A DNA stretch of 64,000 bases from Camelus ferus (Eukaryota). The notes beneath the pieces were generated by a model. That model worked only from the letters and a program-made list of their open reading frames with translations, was not told where the DNA came from and did no database searches. Below are positions 14,142 to 27,429 of this stretch, in pieces; the first letter of the stretch is position 1, and the number at the start of each line of letters is the position of its first letter. The DNA is taken from contig NC_045696.1 in NCBI RefSeq assembly GCF_009834535.1, positions 55,492,001 through 55,556,000 on the forward strand, given 5' to 3'. Made by a program: the position numbers and the translations under genes.

Positions 14142-14404
14142 ATTTTTTTTTGGTGTACACAACACCTCCATTGTGTTTAAACAACCCTACCACAAATACA
14201 TGTGCTATTTATACACACTTGTGTACACTCATGGTATATGTACAACTTTCTTGTGAGGTATTTTGTTGAGGTGGTGGTGTGACAGAGGCAGAAAGACCCT
14301 AGGAAGAGACAATGTTTGACCTTAAAGAGGTTAAAATAAGTGTGAACAAGAGAGAAAAAGTAACTCAAACATCGCTTGGCTGTATTATTTGTCTTTATTG
14401 AAAA

Positions 14405-14590
14405 AAGCATTAACCTGGGTTCTAGTCCAAACTTTTCCACTCACAAGCTGTGTAGTTTTGAAAAGATTACTTTACCTCTCTGGATTTCTTATACACAACA
14501 TGCAGGAATAGAGGCAGGAAGGGAAGGAAGGAAGAGTTGAGCAGAGAAGAGAAACCAGAGACTAAAGGTGCTTTCCGGGTCTACAATTCC
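14405..14590 (+). mobile_element. MIR SINE fragment
   Basis: cctgggttctagtcc...agctgtgtagttttg...tttacctctctgg MIR core. Confidence 0.55.
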
Positions 14591-17500
14591 AGGACTGCAT
14601 GACAGCTGTAGGAATGTTCGCAAAAAGCCACTGTAAGCATAAGAAGTTTTCCCCTTCTAGTTTGAAATTTTCAACATTCAACCAGAAGCAAATCAATCAA
14701 TACTTATTTATATATCTGTTTATTGCCTTTAAAGTGCATGAGTCATTTATACCAGAAGTTAAATAAATATCTAGTAAACACTAAAACAACTTAGAAGTAT
14801 TTTTAAAATAAACACAATTCAAACAGAACCCTTTTACATTTCTAAAGTACAAAAATAAAGAGAAAAAGAGAAATAAGCATTACCTAGGATAATGTTTATT
14901 ACTGGTGATAAACATCAAATGTAATTGTTGGTAAAGCCACAAAAAGATAAGTTTTTTTCTCAGTTAGAGAAATAAATATTTTCTGGGCCCATGAACCTTT
15001 CCTGAATACCTTTCCCGTGTAAGATACTATGGTATAAGCAGTATCGAGTAATGAATGTCTCAGATGAAATTGTTTAAGTTTTTATTACTGCTGTTAGCAA
15101 CAGGGAATCACTTAATTAGAAATAAAAACCATAACACTAACAGAAGCCGGTTTCAAATTCTTGTGTAAGATACAATTATCTAACATGACCAGCGGCATTT
15201 CAGAGACAGAGACCCAGCACAGGCTGTGCCCACCATACCCTGCGACTTCACTAAGGAAACTGTGATATATCTGGAGGACACAAACACAAATCAAAAGGCT
15301 GTAAAAAGCTTTAAAAAGCATGTTTAGCATGATGTAAGGAGACTTAAGTTCTTTGCATAGTTTCTTTCTGTGTCAGTTACACTGTTCCTAACCTACCACT
15401 GTGTTATAAGTGAACAAGCATTTTAAGAAGCAGCACGGACTTGGGAGTTAGACTCCTCCTATGCACGTGGTGTGTTAGGGCCATCGCTTCATCCAGTCCA
15501 GCCACCCACTGGGGTGGGTGTTGTGTGCCTCACTTTCCAGTGAAGAAGAAGGTTCAAAGGCTAAACAATACTCTGACCAAAATAGAGGCAAAAACATGGA
15601 ACCATCTGACCATCTAGTCTATCCAGGTGAGCAGGGGTGCAGGTGTGAGACCCCTCCAGGAGAGGCGGGACATAACAGACAAGCGGTCTGAGACCAGATG
15701 GAAGGGCTGAGCTGAAGAGCTTAGCAACATGATGAGCAGCGCCCAGACAACAGCAGGTACCAACACAGGGTGTAACCGGCTAGACCAGAGCCAGGCAGGA
15801 GGCACAAGGGGTGCCCCGCCAGGCTGCAGGAGCCCAAGAAGGGGGGCAGAGGTGCAGGAGCTCTCAGGAGTGAGGGTGGAGGGGTCCTTGGGCCAGGTAA
15901 TTGGGGAAAACAGGGTGGGGTGTGTCCTGTGTTCAAAGCTTCTCAAAGTAAAAACGGCCTAGAAATATGTCAGTATAAGCAAATAATGGCATGATCGTTA
16001 GTGACAAAGATGATGGTCATTCATGGTAATTTATTAGTCAAGCTGTCATTCCTAATTCTTTTTTAAATCATCTTTAGAAATCTAAAGGGAAAAGCCAATT
16101 TTCACCAGAAGGAAGAGAACATTGTAAATATAGAATTATTGACTATGCAGGAAAATGTTTAGAATGCTGAAGCAAATAGTTCAATGTGTACAGATTACAT
16201 GCATAATAGAGCTTCAAATGAGTTGCCATAGCTACAAAAAGATAATTAATTTTGAGGAAACAAAAGAAAAGAGATACCAGTAGGGGCAGTTCTCAAAGAG
16301 CTAAAATTATAAACGTAGCATCCAAATTTAACTCACTTCCTAACAGGAGTCAGCACTGCTCCTTTGCACGTGACCCCTTCTGATGCTGTCCTCACCTCTC
16401 CCTCCCCATCTGCTCTGCCCCGCCTCCCCGTGCTCCGCTAAGTCCTCTTCAGACACTGCGAGACGCTGTTCCATAAAGTCTCTTTGAAGTCCAGTTGCAC
16501 TTACAGCCTGAAATATACAATTATCGCTTATTACTTAAGAAACAAATATCAATTAAGCGCTGGCTGTGTACCAGGTGCAGTGCCTAAGGGTAAGGAAGGA
16601 AGAGGAGGATTAAACAAAGAGGTGAGTGCACAGATTACAGAAAACAGGAGGGGCTGAAGCCTGAACAACATTCTATGGACCTAGGGAGGGAAAAAGCCAA
16701 GTCAGGGAGACCACGTGGAAGGTGACATCCAACCTGGGTCCAGAAGCATAAGCCTTATTTTCCAGGCCCAGAACAAAGAAAAGGAAAAGAGGTTTCAAGT
16801 TGAAATGACAGTATTTTCTTGCTCTCCTTTTCCTGAAGCAAGAAGAGGATAGGTTTTGTATACCAAAAGACACAAGCTGTGACCTTATTTAACTTTTCCT
16901 TGTTTATAACATGGAAATAATGCAACGGTGTGGTGAAGCTTAATTATATAATGTATATTTGAAGGATGAGTATCTAGCAGTGTTCTTCTTTCCCTCCTTG
17001 AAAACTGTCAACTCAGTGAAGGCTGGAATGGAGTTTTGTACATCTTTCCTACCACCTGCAGAGTCCAAACATCTAACACCTAACACAATGGCCAAGCACA
17101 ATTTCTTGTTCATATAATAATTTTCAATCATGCCCCTTCGAATGTGAGAACTTATAAATCTTCTACCATGCCAACTTATTTGAAATAAATAAAAACAAAG
17201 CTCTAAACTCCTATGGCTTGTATTGCGTTATCCAACAGGCACACCCAACAAATACTTAAGGCACCAGCAAGGCAGGAAGAGGGAGAGAGAGAGATTTTTA
17301 AGGTTGACATTTGTTATTTCAGAACAAAGACTAAAGCAGTCCTCTTGAAGGAAAAATAACTCAACTGTGTTGTACTTGCTCCCTTCATAGTTCATTGTCT
17401 CATTTTGAGTTTCACAGGAGGGAGCACCATATCTTTTCATGCTTAAGGTTCTGAAGGTCTTTATAAGCCCCACTCACACAGCTCATTTAAATGCTCCCCC

Positions 17501-18306
17501 AAATTCTTCTCCAGGTAGGCCACAGAATGGGGACAAAATCACCACAAGTCAGAGTTTAGAAGAGAAAATGTAACCTAGGCACTGACTGCCTGAGCCTGAC
17601 GCAGCAGTGGGCACTTCACGCATTACCTTACTTACTCTTCCAGGCACTAACTCCAGGTACTGAAATTCACGCTACTCTCCAACCGCACAGTCATCCTTCC
17701 CCTTGGAAACACAACTCACATTCATCTGTCTCACAGGCTTGTCTTCAAGATTATCGAGTAGACACACCCAAAATGGCTAGGCGAGGTGGGTACACAATAA
17801 TGGCAGCTATGACCTTAGTGGAAACTTGACATCGGGACTGGACACTTGGGACACCAAACACAGAAGCAATGTGCTGCCTGAGAGAGGCACCAGAAGTGCT
17901 GGGGCAGCGGAACTGAAGCCTGGCAGAGCGGGCACCGGAGGCGGGGCGCCTTGGCTTGCCACCCTTTGGCACATGTGCCCAGTGCCTATTCAACACCAGT
18001 GTTCCAAGCTGTTTAACCACATTCAGTTCACTGTGGGCATCACCGTATTGAAAAAGCCTGCCAAATCCAAGTATTTTAAAAAAGCACTCCAAGTGATCAA
18101 GCAAATAAAGAGGCTTTTCTTAAAAGAAAAGATCACTTATTGAGATTCAATAAACCACTGTAGTTGGGTCTGCGTACTTGCTTACACACTTGCTGCCATG
18201 TTGGTACATCAGCTTAAGTTAAAAACTAGGACAGAGCTCAAGACTGGCGCATCTGGCCAGATGAGGACCCTAGACTCTGTGGGACTGGCCATACATTCAA
18301 GCCAAA

Positions 18307-18354
18307 TGTTACCAAGAGGACAGCAGTAAGTGTTACCAAGAAGACAGCAATAAG
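18307..18354 (+). repeat. Tandem duplication, 2 x 24 bp
   Basis: tgttaccaagaggacagcagtaag / tgttaccaagaagacagcaataag (2 mismatches). Confidence 0.9.
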
Positions 18355-18370
18355 TACATTTACATTTCTT

Positions 18371-19166
18371 TGTTAATAAATAAGCATATGCAAAGAAGTA
18401 GAATCTATTTTCTTTCACACTGATATGATCTTTTTACCATTTCTCACCTCCCAACAACCCACAAAACCAGGTGGGTAGCAGGGGTGAGGGGGATAACTAA
18501 ATTCAGCCCAATCTGGTCATTGAAGGCCGATCCAATAATTTGAACAATCTCTTTCAGTAATCTTATAGATGTCTCTTTGGGTGGCTCAGATAAATGGTCA
18601 GTCTTTCAGACTTCTTTCCCCTTGTCCTGTTTTCCTTCAAGATGGTACCCGACTGCATGAAGGAGAGCATCCTCAAACTCCCCTAGGCAGAGAAGAGAGG
18701 TGGCCCTCTAGGTCTTCACTGGCCTCTTTGGTAGAGCATCTTAACTGCCACTCCCAGATGAGTAACCAGTGAGGTGAGACTGGTCCCCCGTGGGGGTGAT
18801 CTTTCCAGTGGTGGTGGTTGTGTTGAATGGGGAACAGTGGTGGGTGGGTCTATGCTGGTTCCCAGCCTGTACAATGGGCCTGGCCATTTGTCTCTGATCT
18901 TGAAATCCCTGCACACATAGATTTCTTCACACTAACCTCAGACCCCTCACCAGGATACGCAAGCACTCCTAGGTTTCTCATGCACTTCCCACGGGTCCTG
19001 AGGAACCAGGAGCATTGCCTCCAAGCCATCCCTCTAGCATGTGGTCCAAGTGGCCAGCTGCATGGTGTGCAGACCCCAAGAACCATACCACCTAGGAAAA
19101 TGACATGGCCTGGTCAAAGCAAGAATGAGAAGGAAACAATACTTCACTCGTACCATTAACATAACA
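18371..19166 (-). mobile_element. Ancient Gypsy-type solo LTR (MamGypLTR/LTR85/LTR88-like)
   Basis: Minus strand runs TG...CA over ~800 bp and contains GAAAGACTGACCATTTA...GAAAGAGATTGTTCAAATTATTGGAT...AAGATCATATCAG...CTTCTTTGCATATG, resembling the recalled MamGypLTR 3' portion. Confidence 0.55.
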
Positions 19167-19554
19167 GACTAAATCATAATGAGCTGAATCAGGTTTGTCT
19201 TTTAGACTAAACTCATGGAGTCCTGAAGACTAGACCATACACTTTTTGCATCTTTCTATCTTCAGATGCCTGGGGCATAATAAAGCCTCCCTTTTTTGTT
19301 TTGTTTTTTCCTTGAAAACGGCTGAATCCAGAAAAAGCAGAGCTGTTTTGTCTCATCAGCTGGGATAAAGACCAGACAGGCCGTGCACAAGGCCACTATC
19401 TGGCTGCATCTTCTTCCACTTGACACTTGAGCTACTACATATCTTCACTTCAGTTTCCCCACATGATTCTGACAAGTGTGCCACACTTACTCCTTTTCTG
19501 ATTCACATAAATCTCCAAGTTGTAACTGTGTTTATAATTCTAACTATACTTACA

Positions 19555-19670
19555 TTGGCATTAAGTTCCTTAAGACCAGGTACTGTATTGAATACCCTGT
19601 GTAACCCGCAATGCCTGGTATAGTGGTGTATAAAGAGTAGGTTTCTCAATAGTTTATTGGAAAATTAGAG
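19555..19670 (+). mobile_element. L2 3' end
   Basis: aagttccttaagaccagg...tgcctggta...ctcaatagtttattggaa. Confidence 0.55.
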
Positions 19671-20274
19671 AATACACTTTAAAAAGTTGAGATATTCTCT
19701 AGCAAGAAAAAGAAAAATATCAAATGAGTACAACACAAAAATTTCTGTGATGTCTCTGAAAAACATTTCTGGATCATAGGTAAAAATTCCTGGTACAAAA
19801 CAAAAGTAAGGTGGTGGTGTTATAATGCAAGTTACCCAATAGTTTTATAATATTATAAAACTAAAATGATTGTTTTTAAAGGGAAGTAATGTAAATTAAA
19901 ATTAGATGATATTAGTGAAGGAAAAGGAGATGATGGTAAAGACGGCAGTGACAACAGAGGAGGAAGAGGGAGATAACACACACAAAAAGAGAAGAAAATA
20001 ATGCCGTAAAGAGGAAGTTATAATTGAATACTATTTAAGAATAAACTCAGACTTCTTACCATTCTGTTTGAGTCCCTGTGTGTCTTTTGGGAAAGGAGTC
20101 TTTACGGCTTGACCATTGGTAATAAGCATTTACTGATCACTTACCACGTGCAAAGCATTATGCTAGACCCTGGAGGTAAGATGAAGGGTAAGACCCCATC
20201 AAAGCACTTTTCTAACCAAAAGGACTGGACATAATGTAAACAGGTAAATCAGCACAGAAAGTAAGTTTTAGTCC

Positions 20275-21980
20275 TTGACTTTCAACTCTTAGCACACACA
20301 CGAAAAATCAGTTTCAGGTGGGCTGCAGGTCAAAATATAAAAAATAAACAGTAGATTTTCTGGAAGACAATAGACTATCTTCATTACATTGGGTTAGGCA
20401 AATATCTCTTAGCCAAGATACAAAAAGTGCTAGTCAAAAAGGAAAACAAAGTTAAAACTGAATTAAAATTAAGAACTGTTCTTTAAAAGACACCAAAATA
20501 TGAGTGAAAAGGTATGTCACAGAGTAGAAGATTTTACAACACATATAGCCAATAAAGTGCCAGTATTTCAGCAAAAGTACTTTTCAAACCCATACAAATC
20601 AGGGGGAAGAAAGACATGCAGACTCCCTAATTTTAAAAATTGGCAAAAAACCAAAGGATTCATCAACAGATAAACAGAAAAACCAATGCAGCATATACAT
20701 AACAATGAAATGTTGTTCAGCCATAAAAAGTAATGAGGTTCTGACACATGCTACATAACATAGATGAATCTTGAAATCACACTAAGGAAAATAAATCAGC
20801 CACAAAAGGACAAATATTGTATGACTGCACCTATATGAGATACCTAGATTAGGCAAATTCATAGAGATTCATAGGGGTAGAGGGAACGGGGAGTTACTGC
20901 TTAACATTTATAGAGTTTCTGCCTGCGGTGATGAAAAAGTTTTAGAAACAGACAGTGATGAGGGTTGTAGAACATTGTGAAAGCGCCTAATGCCACTGAA
21001 CTGTACTCTTAAAATAGTTAAAATGACTAATTTTATGTAACATTTTACATTGAGTCTTAAAAATTAATAATGTAATATACCAAAAAGCATTGCTTGTGCT
21101 CCTTAAATGGGTGAATTATATTGTATGTAAATTGTATCTCCATAAAGCCGTTTCAAAAAAACTACCAAAAAGACTTGAATAGACAATTCACAAAAGCGGA
21201 TACCTAAACGGCCAGTGAGAAAGGGAAAAGGTGAGCCGTCGCACTAGTAATCAGGGAAATGCAAAATACCTGCAAACAGGCACACTTGAGGAGTTGCCAT
21301 TATTCACCCAGCAGAATGACGAAAGTAATAAAATAAGCCGACAATGCTCGGTGTTCACAGGATGCAGAGGAAGCAGAACTCCACACGCTACTGGAGGGCA
21401 CAAAGATCAGCACACTTTGGGAAAACGGCAGCATGTACTAAAGTTGAATATATGCAGTTTGTGTCTTAGGTGTACACCCGACTCTGACATATCAAAAAGC
21501 ACATACAAGAACGTTCACAGAAACACTGCTCACTACAGGCCAAAACAAGAAACAACCTAAACGTCTATCAGTAGTAGGATGGATAAATTCATACCATGGT
21601 GCATGCATACCATGAAATGCTATACTGTTATGGGGGCAAAGAAATTACAATCACATGTAACAGTGTGGATAAATAGCATAAACAACGTTGAATTTTAAAA
21701 GCCAGACACAAAAGAATGCATAATGAATATGGATGATACTATTTATATAAATTTCAAAAACAGACATACCAAGTCCTGGTGTTAGAGGTCAAAAAGTGGT
21801 TACCTTTGGGGAGCAGAAAATGGTAGGGTGAATGTGAGGGTCTTTGGGGGCTACTGGGTGTGGGCAATGAGTGGTCTTTGGATCTAGAGGATGATTAAAT
21901 AAGTATATTCATTTATGATCATTCATTAAGTGGTATTCAATATTTCTACACTATTTTTGGTACACTGAACTTTTAAAAAC
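20275..21980 (+). mobile_element. Old L1 (L1MC/ME-like): ORF2 3' part and 3'UTR, interrupted
   Basis: The ORF2 motif ...ggcaaaa|gacttgaatagacaattcacaaaag is split by a nested element. Confidence 0.7.
20655..21160 (+). mobile_element. Nested L1MB-like 3' end
   Basis: ttcatcaacagataaac...gccataaaaagtaatgagg...tatctccataaagccgtttcaaaaaa, with its own 3' end, inside the host L1. Confidence 0.7.
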
Positions 21981-22429
21981 TTCAGTCCCAGTCACTATGC
22001 TCTTTTCTAATAAATATAGCAACTTTGAAATATATCATAATCAAAGAAAAAACTGACTACGTCATTGTTCTTCAGTGGACTGTACAAAGTATAAATTACA
22101 GAAAGACAGCAGGAACATGTCAGAAGAAAGTGGGAAGCTACCGTAAACTTAGTTCATGTAAAGGAAAAGCCTGAGAAACTGTATTAACCTGTTCAAAACT
22201 GGAGCACAAATGAAACGCAAATTCAATTCACAGCATAAAAGAATCTGGGTGGGTTTTTTTTCTCATTTTTTGTGAATGAGAAACATCTACGCTTTAGTAA
22301 TAAAAGCATTTTAAAATTCACATGAATATCTCATTTTCATGTATAGAATTTCCACTTTTCGCCTGTAAAATGAAAACTGGATTGTCTGTTACCTAATATA
22401 AGATAAAAGACTGCTGCAAAACAAAGATC

Positions 22430-23165
22430 TAAAATTCATCCATGCACTCCACAGATTCAGCACCTGCCATGTGCACAGAACCAAGTGCTCACCCTGGGGA
22501 GCTTGCAAGAAAGTATGAGAAAAACAAAGCGCAGCAGTGTGGAGGCGCTACCAAAGGAGCAGCACGAACTGCCATGATGTTGCTTAGGAACCTGTAAGAG
22601 TTCTGAAAAGACCTCTTACCAAAAAGTCAGGCTGGGATATAAGGCAGCCTCAGAGGAAACAGGCTCGAGCTGAGCCTAGAAGGGTAGGTAGGATGGGTAT
22701 CAAGAGAAGGAGGTGAGGTGTTTCAGACCAACCAGAAGAAGATGGGAAATATGAGCAACAAAGCTGAAGAGACAGCACTGGAGTGTCCCAAAGGGGCAGT
22801 GGAAGCTTGCCATGTCGGGGGGTTGGGGGGAGCCACAGAGGACACTGAATGATGCTGCAAAAACTTTGGAATTTACCCTTTAAGATTTCTGGAGTTTGTT
22901 GTTATTACTGTTGTCAAAGGAAGGGAGAGATATGATGAAAGCAGCGTTTGACAGAAAAGTATCCTGGTAGAGAGTAAGCAATGGATCAAAGAGGGGAAAA
23001 AATGACGTAAAGACCAGCCTAGAAAACTGCTGGAATAATGCAAACTTAAAATGACAAAAATATAAATTAACGAAGGTGGTGAGGAAAGAAAGGAGAGCAA
23101 GATGTTAAGAATACCAAGAAGAAATCATTTAAAGATTCGGTGGTTCTAAGATGTGAAAAAACTGA
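22430..23165 (-). mobile_element. L2 fragment
   Basis: ttcatccatgcactccacagattcagcacctgccatgtgc start and purine-rich antisense body. Confidence 0.55.
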
Positions 23166-23840
23166 ACTATTTTTGCCTAGGAACAGGCCCTGGGATCACG
23201 CACTGCACAGCGTGATGCTGCCACAGCCTCCAAAGTCCAGGCAACATCAGAAGCTTGGGCCACACACACCACCAGTCTGCCTGAGATTTCAATGGATACC
23301 TAAAAAAATACTGCAGTGATTATGTCAAAGAGTGCTCTGCCTATGCTTTCCTCCAGGAGTTTAAGAGTATCTGGTCTTACATGCAGGTCTTTAATCCATT
23401 TTGAGTTTATTTTTGTATATGGTGTTCTAATTTCAGTCTTCTACATGTAGCTGTCCAGTTCTCCCAGCACCACTTACTGAAGAGACTGTCTCTTCTCCCC
23501 AGTATATTCTTGCCTCCTTTGCCATAGTTAATTGGCCATAAGTGTGTGGGTTTATTTCTGGGCTCTCTATCCTGATCTGTGTGTCTCTTTTTGTGCCAGA
23601 ACCATACTGTTTTGATTACTGTAGTTCTGTAGTCTGAAGTCAAGAAGCATGATTCCTCCAGCTCCATTCTTCTAAAGATGCATTTGGCTATTCGGGGTCT
23701 TTTGTGTTTCCATACAAATTTTAATTCTTTTTGTTCTCACTCTGTGAAAAATGCCATTGGTATTTTGATAGGGATTGCACTGAGTCTGTAGATTGCCTTG
23801 GGTAGTATGATCATTTTAACAATACTGAGTCTTGTCATAC

Positions 23841-24714
23841 CAATAGGCACATGAAAAAATGCTCAGTATTGCTAATTATCAGAGAAATGCAAATCAAAAC
23901 TACAATGAGGTATCACCTCACACCTGTCAGAATGGCCAGCATTCAAAAGTTTACAAATGATAAATGCTGGAGAGGGTGTGGAGAAAAGGAAACCCTCCTA
24001 CACTGCTGGTGGGAATGTAATTTGGTCAACCATTATGGAAAACAGTATGGAAAGTCCATCAAAAAACTAAAAATAGACTTACAATATGATCCAGCAATCC
24101 CACTCCTGGGCATATATACAGGGAGAACTCTAATTCAAAAAGACACGTGCACCCCAATGTTCTTAGCAGCACTATTTACAATAGCCAAGACATGGAAACA
24201 ACCTAAATGTCCACTGACAGATGACTGGATAAAGAAGCTGCAGTATATTTATACAATGGAATACTATTCAGCCATAAAAACTGACAACATAATACCATTT
24301 GCAGCAACATGGATGTTCCTGGAGAATGTCATTCAAGTGAAGTAAGCCAGAAAGAGAAAGAAAAATACCATATGAGATTGCTCATATGTGGAATCTAAAA
24401 AAAAAAAAAACATGAATACAAAACAGAAACAGACTCATAGACATAGAATACAAATTTGTGGTTGCCAAAGGGGCGGGGTGTGGGAAGGGACAGACTGGGA
24501 TTTCAAAATGTAGAATAGATAAACAAGATTATACTGTATAGCACAGGAAAATATATACAAGATCTTATGATAGCTCACAGTGAAAAAAATGTGACAATGA
24601 ATATATATATGTTGACATATAACTGAAAAATTGTGCTCTACACTGGAATTTGACACAACGTTGTAAAATGACTATAACTCAGTAAAAAATGTTATAAATA
24701 AATAAATAAATAAA
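23841..24714 (+). mobile_element. Young L1 3' end: ORF2 C-terminal CCHC domain, 3'UTR and (AATA)n tail
   Basis: ORF 23851..24345 [28 protein letters not shown]...[18 protein letters not shown] is L1 ORF2p C-terminus; 1-nt frameshift near the end. Confidence 0.92.
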
Positions 24715-24739
24715 AGTTATGTTCACACTGAAAAAAAAG

Positions 24740-25216
24740 CAGCTGTGGTATATTTATACAATGGAATACTACTCAGCCATAAAAAATAATAAAATAATGC
24801 CATTTGCAGCAACACAGATGGACCTAGAGATCATCATTCTAAGTGAAGTAAGTCAGAAAAAGAAAGAAAAATATCATATGATATCACTTATATGTGGAAT
24901 CTAAAAAAAAAAGAAGACACTAATGAACTTATCTACAAAACAGACTTACAGACATAGTAAACAAACTTATGGTTACCAGGGGAGGAAGGGGGTGGGAAGG
25001 GATACATTGGGAGTTGGAGATTTGCAGATACTAACTACTATATATAAAATAGATAAACAACAAGTTTCTACTGTATAGCACAAGGAACTATATTCAATAT
25101 CTTGTAATAACCTAAAATGAATATATATGTATATGTGTGACTGAAACATTATGCTGTACACCAGAAATTGACACAACACTGTAAACTGACTATACTGCAA
25201 TTAAAAAAAGAAAAAA
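24740..25216 (+). mobile_element. Second young L1 3' end with a different 3'UTR subfamily
   Basis: ORF 24719..24904 ends ...ILSEVSQKKKEKYHMISLICGI (ORF2 stop); 3'UTR and A-tail at ~25203-25218. Confidence 0.9.
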
Positions 25217-26974
25217 AATAGTGAGTTTTCCCATCCAAGGACACCGTATATCTTTCCATCTGTTTGAGTCATCTTCAATTTCTTTCATCAGTCTTTGGAG
25301 TACAGGTCTTTATGTCTATATACAGATATAGATAGATATATATACACATGCACATACATACACACAAACTGCCATGTATAAAATTAGATACATGTGTGTG
25401 TGTACATATTAGCAAGCATATATGAAATAGAAGGGCCAGTAAAGGTTTTGTGAAGTATGTGGAAAAGCTGAAGCAGTTCACCTGCCATATTTGGGTAACT
25501 GGAATGGAAGGAGTTGGGGCAAGGGTTCCACTCCCCTCTTACTCAAGTCAAAGAGAAAGAGAAAGAAAGCTAGCCTGCCAACTTCCACTGTGTCGAGAGA
25601 ATCTGAGGCAAGAATTCAAGATTATTTTTGTGTTCATGGTCATCATCGTCAGTTTATAGAATATTCGTTAGGCACTGACAGAGTAAGCAGATTTGATTAT
25701 TTCAATGCAGGCAGATGGCTTGGTCGTGAGAATCGTGAAGAGATTTACTGAGCGGCTTCATCAGATCAAGGACATTATGGAATTAAAGGGCTCCAAGAGA
25801 CCTTACTGGTCCAGCTCCCAGTGGCTCACAACATTACACTTTCTTACTAATGAGAAATACAACTCAACCCCCTGAATTCGAAGTAACCAGGGAAGGAGGA
25901 GGGAAGAGCACAATTAATTTGTTCAAAGAAGTGCAAATGTTAGGATGGAAGCTGGAAATATAGATTGATCAAAGGGCAGATGAAACATATCTTGCTCTGA
26001 GAACAATAAAATCATGAATTAGGAAGAATTAAAAGACACTTCCAAAAAATATTTTCATGAAAATAATCATATTTGAGAAACTATAACTATTTTGGAGCAC
26101 AAAACTCAAGAACCTTCTCTACTAGTGTGTTTTAGCTTCAGGAAAAATTTAATGATCTGACAATAAACTATACTTACCAAGGAAACACAGTAGGCAGTGA
26201 GTTTATGAATCTCAAAATTATTTTGGAAATTCTGCCAATGTGACTAATGTCCATTAGGGAGACCACCTGGCTTTGTATGGAAACATCCTCTTTCATGAAA
26301 ATGCACAAAGAACAGCTGGGAAACATTATCAATGATATAAGTCAGAATTAAATGTGCTTGACCACGCTCCTCCAGAGCTTTAAGTATCACTACCTCCCCC
26401 AAACTCAACGGTTTTTTTTTAAAGCTCCCAGGCTTTTCACTTTTAATCAACAATAACACTACTAAAATGTCTATATTCATCATGTAACCCAGAATAGATA
26501 AATTTTAGACACCTATACCTGACTTAGACCAAGAAAAGTCATTATGAGATAAAAAGCAGGGAAAAGTTATAAAAATTGCACTAAAGGACCAGAATACAGT
26601 GATTGTGGTAAAAAATTTGTCACATTTAAAGCCTGCTCACAACTGACCCTCTCCTGATACATACAATACCTGTTTATGTTATAAAGGATATAAGAAAATA
26701 AAGGTGTATGTACATAGCCTGAGTCAAAGTGAACAGAAATTAATTTTAAAATAAAATTTTAAAATAAAATTATTTATATTTAAAACCACTTTTTCTAATC
26801 TTTTTAATTCCTCAAACAGATATCACCATAAAGTCTCACTATATTGATTGGAGGAGAGGGAGAGGAACGTCAAATAACTATTTTAGGAAAAGTTTTATAA
26901 ATATGTTAACCTCAGTCCTATATTATTGCCAGCTTATTTTATTGCCAATATGCTCAATACTTGGAAGCCAGGTT

Positions 26975-27400
26975 AAAGCATCATGAGATCACAGAGCTGG
27001 AAAAGAAGAGGCGATTACCTTATCTAACTCCCTCATTTTGCAAGTGAAAGCAGGCCTGGAAAACTGGACGAGGTCACACCTCCACTGACAACCCTGCATA
27101 GAACTCCTACCTCCTGACTCAAGTTGTGGCTGAGCAATCCTCATAACAGTAACTGCCACTCACGAAGCATTTTCTATGTGCCAGGCACTATGCTAGACAG
27201 TTTAGAGGTGGCATTTCATTTAATTTAGTACCTTCTCAACGCACTGAGGAAGACCAACTCCACTCTATATGATAATCAAACTCAAGCTCAGGACATTATA
27301 ACATTCCCTAAGTCCTACAACAAATAAATGACAAGTCAGGAATTCAAACCCAGCCTGTCTGACTACACAAAGCCCATGAACTTTTACACAATGCTATCGT
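26975..27400 (-). mobile_element. Two adjacent MIR fragments
   Basis: ccctcattttgcaagtgaa...; gcatttttctatgtgccaggcactatgc...caggaattcaaacccagcctgtctgact. Confidence 0.6.
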
Positions 27401-27429
27401 CTCACCCCAGATGCTGAATGTGTACAACC

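Larger units (their letters stand above)
23295..25315 (-). mobile_element. L1 ORF2 fragment (23295-23833 and 25217-25315) split by two younger L1 3' ends
   Basis: ORF 23407..23667 (TVIKTVWFWHKKRHTDQ...SLFSKWCWENWTATC) is L1 ORF2. The antisense sequence resumes in register at ~25220 (ttcccatccaaggacaccgtatatctttccatc). Confidence 0.85.

Noticed and set aside
16330..16510. Possible cryptic minus-strand exon (TTTCAG acceptor at ~16508; GTGAG donors)
   Set aside because: Weak pyrimidine tract and no homology to IGSF11; such sites are expected by chance in a long intron.
18716..18916. KWPGP peptide resembling an integrase GPY/F motif
   Set aside because: It lies inside what appears to be a non-coding LTR, and there are no other integrase motifs; probably chance.
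23851..24345. 164-aa ORF with a CCHC zinc knuckle as a host gene
   Set aside because: It is the L1 ORF2p C-terminus of a 5'-truncated insertion.
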